A DNA stretch of 64,000 nucleotides from Lama guanicoe. Taxonomy: Eukaryota. The notes under the pieces are model-generated. The model did no database searches. It was not told the origin of the DNA and saw nothing but the letters and a program-made list of their open reading frames with translations. Position 1 is the first letter of the stretch; the number at the start of each line of letters is the position of its first letter. Position numbers and translations under genes: made by a program. The stretch covers positions 15,120,373-15,184,372 of the forward strand of contig MU053881.1 of the NCBI GenBank assembly GCA_013239625.1, in the 5' to 3' direction. Of this stretch, positions 54,345 to 64,000 are shown one piece after another.

Positions 54345-54965
54345 ATAGAACTTACCTGTCTTAGGTATATAGTCTGTGTTAATATTCCACCCAAGCAGTT
54401 TCCTCCAGCCTGTTTGCAGCCACTCCCCATTCCCAGGCACTCACTGATCTGTCTTTAGTTTTGCGTTTTCTGGAAATTTATATAGATGGAATCATACAAC
54501 GCTTGGTGTAATATGTTGGGCTACTTTCACTGAGCCGATGGCTTTGAAGTTTGTGCCTGTTGTGTCCAGCAGGAGTTTGTCCTTTTTTATTTCTGGGTAA
54601 TATTCTGTTGTTTTTTTTCTGATGGACGTTTGGGCTGTTGCTACTTTTTGGATAGTAAGAATAAATCTTCTCTGCACATTTATGTATAAGTTTTTGTGCA
54701 GACATGTATTTCCATTTCTCTTGGGTATATCCCTAAGAGTAGAATTGCTGGGTCATGTGGTAACTCTGTGTTTATTAGCCTTTTGAGAAACTGCCACACT
54801 CTTTTCTACAGAGGCTGTACCTTGTATGCTCCCACCAGCAAGGTACGGCAGCTCTGGGCTGTTGTCTTTTTTCCTTTAGCTTTTCTGATATGTTTGTGGT
54901 ATCGCCCTGCGCATTCTGCACCTCACTGATGAGTGGTAGCTTCTCACATGCTCATTGGCCACCTG
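54345..54965 (-). mobile_element. Old L1 3' fragment
   Basis: GATGGAATCATACA..ATTTCTCTTGGGTATATCCCTAAGAGTAGAATTGCTGGGTCATGTGGTAAC..TTTGAGAAACTGCCA. Confidence 0.8.
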
Positions 54966-56509
54966 CAGGTCTTCGTTTTAATCTCTGTCATTAACCCAGT
55001 TCCAAGCAGAGGTGACTTAAATGTTGCATCTCCAAAGGCCCAGCTAGGCGGAGCCCCCACGGATGCTGCTCCTATTATTCTCTGAAAGCAGCCCAGGCAG
55101 TGGTCTCCTTGTGGTGGTGGGGCAGGTCATCCTGAGCCTGCTTTCACGGGAGCCTGGCCCCTGTCTCAGCAGCACAGTGGCCCTTGCCTGCAAGGGCTGG
55201 TTCGAAGTCCTGGAGCAGCACAAGAGATTGGAGGGCATCCCGTGTCTGCCCAGCTGGTGGTGAAGGGTGATGTGCTTTGAAAGTGTGGGGTGGTTTCTGG
55301 GGTGTCAGATCCCATGGAGGTAAGTGCTGGAGCTCAGTGTGACCTCTCAGGTCTGCTCTAGATGGCAGAGTCCTTGGAGATTCTTGGTAAAAGGCAGGGG
55401 GCTCCTGGTAAATGAAGTGGGGTGAGCATGTGACCCACATGGTCCAAGCTGGCTGAGCCCTGTCTCCCTCACACGCCTGCATCCCTCGGCCCAGTGGCTG
55501 ATGGAGCCATGGGCACTGAGAGGCCAGCCTGCCCACTGGTTGGTTCTCTCCGTGTGTATGAAGCTACCCCACCCAGCGAGGGCCTGTGGTGGGACCGGAC
55601 ATTCTGGGTGGGGAACAGATAGGTACCCACTCCAGACACTGAGAGAGGCATATGTGGACCATGTAGGAGAGCCTCCCCTCACTCAGGCTGGGGCTGGGGT
55701 GGTGGCCCAAGAGGTGGACTCTGATGGAGGTGGGAGAGCCCAAGACCTCAGCTGCTGGGTGAAGGAAACTGGGGAAGATAACAGGTGCAGAGGTGGGTTT
55801 GGGCCATGTGGGTTTGGGAGCTGGAGGAGGGGTTTGTGGTGACAAACCAGCACCATGCTGTGGGGTGATGTCTGCTACGCAGAAGGTGGGTACTCAGGGC
55901 CCCAAGATAGATGAGAAAGAGAGGTGCAACCCTCCATCTGGATCCATGTTCTTTCTAAAATTCCACCAGAAGGCTGATCTCCAAATAGCTAAAGCTTAAC
56001 TTATTTTGAGTTTTTTAATGTATTTTTTCTTGTGACATTTGGAAATTCCGCCGCCCCAAGTGCAGTGGCAAGCTGCTCTGAAGCTGTGGCGGGAGAGCTG
56101 GATAGGCATTGGGCTCTATCCTGCCAAGGTGTTGGTGGAGGGAGTGTCACCCCATCAGCCTGTTTCACAGCCAGTGGTGCTCATCCATCCCAGTTCTGTT
56201 CCCGAGAGGTTGTCTCTGAGGCAGGACAGCCTGGGCTGGTGTTGGTTTGGGGAGAAGGGAGCTGCCCATTGTTGTGTCTTCATTCTTGCCTCTTGTGTAC
56301 CTCCAGCCCTGGCCCCTGTGCCATCTGAGGAACTCCTGTTGATCCTTCAAAACCCTGCTCCAGTGACCTCTCTGTAATTTTCAACATATATGTGTTTTTT
56401 TCTCACCCCTTCTGAAAACAGTCTTTATCCTGCTCCTTGTATGACTGGGAAGTGAGTCTTTGCATTTCCAGATAGCTTTACTGACATTTCCCATCTTGCT
56501 TTTTTGCAG

Positions 56510-56557
56510 GATTCTGTTTCTCTGAGACCTTCAATCCGATTTCAAGGAAGTCAAGGG
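56510..56557 (+). CDS. ELL: ELL coding exon 2
   Basis: Branch-like TACTGAC at 56479, acceptor TTTTTGCAG|. Encodes DSVSLRPSIRFQGSQG. Donor GGG|GTAAGT; 48 nt, too short for the ORF track. Confidence 0.95.
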
Positions 56558-57284
56558 GTAAGTCTTTCTTGTCTTAATCATGTTTAGAATTCTGGAACTG
56601 GTGTGCTCCCTGCCCTGTGTCCCTGGGCACAGCAGCAGGCTGGAAGCAGTGTATTAGCCCCATCCACCTCTGTGCCAGGCCAGGCCGTGTTCTGAGCCAA
56701 AGTCTGCCTCTGGTTGTCTCCAGGTCGGTCCCGTGGCCAGGGCCACACCAAACAGGCCATCTGTTGCTGAAGGCAGCTTTCCTTTCCAGCAGCCCCTGAG
56801 TCTCCCACTTGCTTCCTTTAGCCTCCAAACCCCTGTTCTGACCTGATCTCTGTGGTGATTCGAAATGGTGTCCCCAGAACCCAAGGTGGGCTGGAGCTGT
56901 GGCCTCCGCAGGGTGGGGCACTTGTCTCCATCAGTGAACCCAGGACCATGGGTGTTTGTCTGGCTTTTGGTACTAGGCCAGAGGGGTATAGGAACTCAGC
57001 ACCCTCAGTTTTTTCCTGAAAGGGACTTCATTCTAAATGATCATCTTACAAAAAAATTGGAGAATAAACAAAAGGGCAGGTTGTCCACAGTCATTGCCTC
57101 CCAAGTGTAAGGACTCCTGTGTCCTCCACCCACCAAAGGTGCTTTGGAACACTTTAGTTTTTCCTTCTAGTCTTTATTGCAAGTCTTTTTTTTTTTTCCT
57201 AAGGAGTTGTCGCATATGTCTAAGTCAGTTTCCACCTGGCAGCCTGCTGGCTTCTTATAGAACCAGGGAGATCTGTGGGTTTCA

Positions 57285-57665
57285 TTCCAGCCAGGACACT
57301 CCAGAGACACAGAACCTCTAGGAGATACATGTCTGTGTGCACAGATACATTGATACTAAGAGCTTTATTGCAAGACATTGGCTTATGCAATTGTGGGGCT
57401 AATGAGTCTGAAATCCATAGGGCAGGCAGGAGCTGGCATCCAAGCCCATTGGTGAGCTTCTTCCTCCTCAGGGAAGCCTCAGTTTCCTTCTAAAGGCCTT
57501 TAGCTGATTGGATGAGGCCCACCGAGACCATCGAGGGTCATCTTGTTTACTTAAAATCAGCTGGTTGTGGATGTTACCACATCTGCAGAGTGCCTCCCAG
57601 AATAGTGTTCATAGAGTCACAAGGGGTGTGGTCTGGCCAGGTGGACACATGAGCAGACCATGACA
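57285..57665 (-). mobile_element. MLT2-type solo LTR
   Basis: CTCCAGAGACACAGAACC..ATTGGCTTATGCAATTGTGGGGCT..AGGCCTTTAGCTGATTGGATGAGGCCCACC; similar to the copy at 40657-41151. Confidence 0.75.
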
Positions 57666-60600
57666 CCACGACCAGTCAAGGTCGGTGAGATGCCCTTAAA
57701 GGCCCCAGACCCCCACCCCCTGGTGCCTTCTTTAGGGCATCTGCACTTTCACTGGCCCCATCAGGGTCTTCTTGTGGTCACCCTTTGCAGCCTCCAGCTT
57801 ATCTTCCCTGAGACATTTCCCCCTCAGGTTGGAAGTTGGTGTTGGAGGCGGGGCTTGCCTGGCTTTGCTGTCAGGCTGGCCCACTGGTGCCCTCTTGTGG
57901 CCCATGATCACACCATGCCCTCAGCAGTCATGGGAAGATGGGGAAGCCAGTGCGTTCATTTACCCAGTGAGCGATGCTTTCTGGTCAGCAAGACATCACA
58001 GAAGCACCATGAGGTTTTCCAGGGCTATACCCTGTGTCACTCAAATTCCTGTGTAAAACCTGAGAGCCACATCCATTGAAGTTAGGGGTCCCAACATCTT
58101 AGTTTTAGAGCTTTGCCTACATTTTTTCCTTCAGAGCGTTCTCATATGTAATGGAGTTCCTAGAAAGTTCTGAGGGTGTGGAGGCCCTGTGCTGCAGCTC
58201 CAGGCAAGCCAGGCTGTGAGTCTCCACAAAGAGGCAATTCCCCGTATCAACCTGTGTGAGGACTGGAGGGGGCCATGTGGCTAGCTTGCTGTGAAGGATC
58301 ATGGGCTAAGTTTGCCCCTTAGGACCTTTGGACCTTGTCCTTCTCCTCCAGGACATTGATGGAACATGACCCTGCCTCCCTGCCAGATATGAGAGGCCTG
58401 GCCTGGTGCCAGGTGTACCACAAATGCTGTCCTGGCCAGGCCATGTCTGCACAGTTACTCAGATCCGCATTGGGGAGGAGGCAGGGCACCCACTTCTCCT
58501 AGTTGCTCTGCTGTGTGCCCACAGCTTGGCCTGTGTGTTCCCGAGAAGTGAGGAAGGGGGTTTTGCTCTGTGCACTCCACCTACAAGTGGGAATAGAGCA
58601 GGAGGCCAGTGAAATAGGGCAGACAGGGAAGCAGGAGACTGGTGCAGTGGGGCTGGGCCAAGGATCATTCAGCATTCGTGGTGCTTGGGCTGATTTGATG
58701 TTCTGGACTCCATGTAGGATGGCAGGGACCCACTTCCCAGAAGCTCCTGAAGCTGACCGACTAAAGATTGAGACTCTATTTGTATGCTCCTTGGCTCGAG
58801 GACCTTGGCCGGTTCTTCTCCCTCTGTCCTTTGGCCTCCCCGCGCTGGAGATGGGCCGTCCCCCTCAAGGGTTGTTTGTGGGTTAGCATGGCCTTAGGAG
58901 AACCAGTCCCCTCTCTGCAGTCCAGAAGGCGCTCACTTAGTTCCTACGCGCGCCTCCCCATCTGATGGGAGTGCAGTACAGCCGGTGTAGGATCTCCGTG
59001 TCGCTCAGCTCCTGGGTGGGCGCCGCATTCGGCCCAGCCACCTCCCCACCTGTGCTGTGAGTGCCATGAGGGCTGGGCCTTGGTGGTGTGCAGCTGGGCC
59101 CTGGTGTTGGCTGGTGCCCTGGAGTGACTGCATGGCATTTGCCAGGTTCCCTGGAGAGCCTGCCCCCTCCTGTAGCATGTCCAGCCTCAAGGGTGTCGTC
59201 TGTGGAGCAAAGCCTCACTTGTGTTTTGTTTGCCGGGTACATGTGTGCATTTGTGTTCCCTGCCCTCTCATAGATACTGAGCTGGCTGATCTGGGTCCCT
59301 CCGCCATCAGGGGTCACTTCTGAGTTGTTAACGCCTGACAGCTGGTGAAGCGTCAGCCTTCAGAGGGGAAAAGAAACCCCCACCTGGCCGGCCCTACCCC
59401 AGCATCTTTAGTTGATAAAAAAAGAGAGTTGGCATCCAAGGCTGTTCAGTGTCTCAGCATTTCCATTTGCCTCAGCAGGAGCCCAACCTGCAGTTTCTAG
59501 AACGAGGTTGGGTGGCACTTGTCAAAGGCCTTGACTGGCATCTGTCTGTGATCTAGGAACCACCTCTGTAGGAGTCATTAGGGGCACACATAAGATTGAG
59601 CCACAGGGGTGCTTGTTGCTGTGTCACAGGGACAATTTGGAAAGCCCGGAATGTGGCAGGCAGGCTGGGGTCGTGCAGTCTCTTCCAGAGCAGCTCCTGG
59701 AAAGGAAGTAGGTGCTTAGAAAGCACCCCGGGTTTGGAGTTGAGGAAGTGAGGGTCTCCCAGTGGGCAGAAGAGGCTGCTTTGCTCTGGGAAGTCATGTT
59801 CAGCCATTCAGCAGTAACTCTTTACCTCAAGTATATTTTATTCTGAGGGTTCCCTGGGAAATAGAAATAACAAAGAAAACGAAACAAATGTTCTGAAAAC
59901 CTCTCTGGCCAGAGAGCCTGGCTAGTTGGAGTTTGGTTCCTGTGTGTGCCTGTTTTGTCTTGTTTTTATCTGAATGCAATATCAAGTGCTTCCCCCCCCC
60001 TCGTTTCACCCCAATCCGGGACTTGATTTGTCTAATCAAAGCTCCCACCTGCACCACAGATCTGGGGGAGAGCTGCAGGCCAACTTGGGACAGATTTCAA
60101 AGGGGGTTGATTTAAGAGCTCTGGCCCTAGAACTGACCCACTCGTAGCAGAACCAACACCCCCTCTTGGGCATCAGGCCTCAGAGGCAGATGTCGGCCCC
60201 TCCAGTGCTCAGCACCATCTCGGATGGGACAAGCCTGTTTGCTGCTCCAGGTCCGTCTGTGCATCTGTGCACACAGGCACATGCTTCAGTTGATGGCAGC
60301 TCCCTCTGCCTTCCTGTAACTAGGAGTTGATGCTGACATCAAGCACACCCAAACCTGCCACTTTCAGGCCAGCTGAGGGCCTATGGGCAGCCGAGACTTG
60401 GTCCAGAAGGCACATGTACTGCTGAGTAGGGGCTGTGTTTCAGGCCATGTTTTGGAACACATGCCGAGCCCTCTGCTGTCACAGAGAAAGCAGCGCATTC
60501 CTGGGCTGTTCATGCCCAGCGGGCTGGTTTTCCTGCTGGTTTCCAGTGACTGGTAGCCATTAACCAGCATCATTAACCAGCAGCAAAACAGCCTGTTAAC

Positions 60601-63295
60601 AAGAGGATTCCGTGAGTGGTGGTGCCATGAACCTGGGGAGGGGCTGGGGCTGCGAGAACCTGCCATACCAGGCTCCAAGCAAGCCCCCCATCCCCTGCAC
60701 CGTCCTGGGGCCCCAGTAGCTGCACAAACCGTCCTCTGGGCTCTGTGCCATGACTCCTCCAAGATTCTGAAAGTGGCCAGACATGCCCATGTGCAAAACG
60801 TCCTCACGGGGTAAAAGGATCGCAGTGAAGGGTCGCTGCACCCTTGCCCAGAGAGGAGCACCGTTGTGTCAGAACTCAGGCCATGCCCTCTTCTTTTGTC
60901 CTGGGGACGACAGCCCAGTGGGGGCTGTGGCACTCTTGGCAGCCAGTGCCCTCTGAGTAGACTGAGATGGAAAAAATGCCACCTAGGGAGGATGGGTCTC
61001 CGCCAGAGGCAGGACTTGATTAGGGAAAGGATTAAGGTAGATGGAGGAAAAGCCTCCCATGCTGGGGTTTAGCTACGTTGGCAGCGCCTTTTGATTTTGC
61101 TGACTTTGTGGTGCACGGGCTTCCTGCCGCATTCTAGGCGACTGCGTCAGTGTGCACCTGACTGTGGACGCATCCCCCACTGTGACCCTCAGAAGCATCT
61201 GAGTGCTGGGTTTCCAGTTACTTCTCTGATGGAGAACAAAAGTTACATCTGCAAAGGAATGTGCAGATAGCACGGGGTGGCTACTAGTGCTGGACCAGGA
61301 GATGCCACCTGTGGGCAGGACCGAGCTCAACTGTCCAGAGCCATCCCCAGCCACAGGGCTCCAGCAGAGGCTGTGGATTGTGCTTGTGTGTGTGTTTTCC
61401 TGCCCGAGGTAAGTCATAGCAGGTAGTCAGGATTTGACTTTTTAGATGCTGAGTGTGAGCTGCTCCATCCCTTTTTGACCTTAATCAAAAAATCTGTTTG
61501 TGTTGAGATTAGAGCCTGCACTGCTGGCCAGGGCCAGCCTGGCATTGCCACCCTGCTGGCCTCACCTACCACTGGGCATGTGTCATGGGCGGGCCCTGCC
61601 CCCAGCTGCATCAGCACGGATAAGGACACTTGCCCTGCAGGAACAGCCTGAGGGTCAGGAGGGAGTGCTGGACAGACCCTGTGGCTGAGTGGGACTGGGC
61701 CATTGGGGTGACCTTTCTCATGGGCAGCATTCAGCCTGGGGTGGGGAGGTGGAGGACAGGGATGGTTATCAGCCCAAGGTCATCTGCAGTCCCAGGACAG
61801 CTGGTGCAGATTGTCTGCCTCCCCAAGGCTGGGCTTTTCTTGCCCTGAGCAGCTATGCCTTGGAGCTGCTCGGCAACGCCTTGGCTCTCACTGTTCATGT
61901 CGGGGGCCTCTCCTTGGAGCAGGGACTGGCTGTGCTTTGAGGGCGTCATGCGGCATTTTGAGCTAACCCTGGGCGAAGTACTCCCTCAGCTTCTCTCGTG
62001 GGTCCTTGAGGGTCGGGGAATGGGAGCATCATCCCTCCCTGTGACCCAAGCTGCTGCATCCTTGGTCTCACAGACGAGGCTCAGATAGGCAGAGCTGCCT
62101 GCATTCACATGTGACAGCTGGGCATGGGGCGTTGGGGTGGGTTCAGCCCTGAGCCACATTCTGTCCACCACTGATGAGGTGTGTTAGTGTCCTCACATCA
62201 TCAAAGAGGAAATGTGCTCAGTGTGCTGAGGTGGTGCGGCAGCCTGGGAGCAAGGCCTGAATGAAGCCTGCTGCCCACCCCTGTCCCAGTGCTGCCCCTG
62301 CTTGTTAACCACCCCCACCTTATGTGTCAGTCTAGCTGTGATGAACTCCTGTGTTCAAGCCCAGGGATTACTTTATGATGGGTCACCTCTGGTGACGGGG
62401 TTCTGGAGGCCCTTCCTGTGCCCACTCGGCCTGGCAGCCAGAGTGTGACATTTTCCTATTTGTGTTTTTCAGCAACTGCTCACCCCGTGTGGTTCACTCA
62501 CCCAGTGTGGGCAGGGGGCAGAGGGTCGGCCTGGAGTAAAGTGTCCTCTGGGTGTCCTGTCTGCACTGAGCCCTGCACCTTGTCCAGGACTAGTGATGTA
62601 TGTCTGTCTGCCAGCCAGGTCATCTTTCTGTTCTCCCCTGGGGGCTGTGGCTTTGCCTAGCTAGGCTGGAGCAGCGCTGTCTGAAGTCAGGGTCACGAAA
62701 ATCATGATACACACATCCTATGTCACAGTTTATTGGAGGCAAGTCCTGCCCATCTGTGAGCCCCTTAGGACCTGTGCCTGCCTTGTTCACAGACACCCAG
62801 GTGGAGGCTGTGTCCAGCGTGGAGGAGGTGGAGAGGGCGTTGCTCAGCAGGAGTGTGGGTCAGGGTATCTCAGCCACTCAGCATGGCCTGCCTACTGCTG
62901 ACACCTGTCTTCTCTCATCTCATCTGCACAGTTGTCCCAGACCAGATCTGCCCTGTCTGGTGGGGAAACTGAGTCACTGCCCAGATCGGGATGGGGTCCC
63001 TGCCTCTGGGTGTGTGCTGAGTGCTCTGTGCTTCTCAGACTGTGATGCCATCGCTGCTTAGAAACCAGACACAGGCCCACCACCCCCTCCCCCCGCGCTT
63101 GCATGGGAACCAAGGACCCTGAGCATTGCCGAGGGTGGGTGACATGGACAGGCTGCTAGTCTTGTCACTGTCAGGAAAACAAAAGTGCGTTTCAAAGGAA
63201 CATGCTGCAGGGATGGGCCAGGTCCTGTGCTGGCCCACCATTTGGTTCCCTCTGTGCTGTGGACCTACTGGTAACATCCCACACTCTCCACACAG

Positions 63296-63417
63296 CACAT
63301 CTCCATCCCCCAGCCTGACTGCCCCACGGAGGCACGGACATTCTCCTTCTACCTCTCCAACATCGGCCGTGACAGCCCCCAGGGCAGCTTCGACTGCATC
63401 CAGCAGTACGTCTCCAG
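63296..63417 (+). CDS. ELL: ELL coding exon 3
   Basis: Acceptor CACACAG|. Encodes HISIPQPDCPTEARTFSFYLSNIGRDSPQGSFDCIQQYVS+AG. Donor AG|GTGAG; 122 nt. Confidence 0.96.
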
Positions 63418-63808
63418 GTGAGGCCTTGCCCTGGCTGCCCCAGGTCACCTGATGGACAGACCCGCCTTCCCCTTCTTCTGCCATGGTGTCCCCCTACCCT
63501 AGCCTGCTGTGCACATGTTCACCCACCATCTCCAGCCCCAGTGTCCCTCTTCCCCCCGTCAGAAGAGTTGCCTTGGCTCCTTTCAGTGTTTCCAGGGCAT
63601 AGGCACAGATCCTGGCATGCCACCTCCTGCCCAGGGACCCTGGTCCCCTTGTTCCTTTCGGGTCAAGATGTGCCGTGAAGAAACCCTGTTACTCAAGTCA
63701 GCACTAGGGACTATTTCCTGGCTGGGGATGGGGGTGGTGCAGGCCCTGAGACCATCTCTCCCTGTCATCCCAGGTGTTAATCTCGGCTTCTGGCCCCTTG
63801 TCTTGCAG

Positions 63809-63972
63809 CCATGGGGATGTCCACTTGGACTGCCTGGGCAGCATCCAGGACAAAATCACAGTGTGTGCCACTGACGACTCGTACCAGAAAGCACGGCAGA
63901 GCCTGGCACAGGCTGAGGAGGAGACACGGAGTCGAGGCGCCATCGTCATCAAGGCTGGAGGCCGTTACCTGG
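63809..63972 (+). CDS. ELL: ELL coding exon 4 (gene continues beyond the window)
   Basis: Acceptor TCTTGCAG|. Encodes (S)[54 protein letters not shown]+G. Donor G|GTGAG; 164 nt. Confidence 0.96.
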
Positions 63973-64000
63973 GTGAGGATCAGGGGCCAGGGGCTCCACC

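Noticed and set aside
60559..60582. Small tandem duplications (CATTAACCAGCA x2; also near 25818-25875, 52128-52170 and 52379-52401)
   Set aside because: Ordinary slippage products with no sign of function.

Overview
Mammalian genomic DNA, most likely a camelid, judged from its tRNA-derived SINE and L1 tail. It carries two + strand multi-exon genes in the order I recall for human 19p13.11. (1) FKBP8 (FKBP38): all eight coding exons lie at 565-7629 and splice by GT-AG into a 412-aa ORF, or 413 aa via a CAGCAG tandem acceptor, with AATAAA at 8046. The non-coding first exon is not in the window. (2) ELL (Pol II elongation factor): CpG-island promoter, coding exon 1 (15680-15814), a 40.7-kb intron 1, and exons 2-4 (56510-63972), continuing past the window end. 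The rest is intron or intergenic DNA with MIR, L2, L1, MLT1/MLT2/MER21 LTRs, MER20, MER58 and Tigger-type DNA elements, SINEs and a 49-N assembly gap. Nearly all ORFs in the six-frame track are spurious. I see no convincing new multi-gene system. The most interesting signals are small: an array of POU/octamer-type motifs in the ELL promoter, a strong-context uATG overlapping the ELL start, an orphan 89-bp retro-insertion with a perfect TSD, an in-frame FKBP8-to-ELL read-through option, an old duplication between two FKBP8 introns, and a dimeric minisatellite. Repeat family names come from remembered consensus sequences and their boundaries are approximate.
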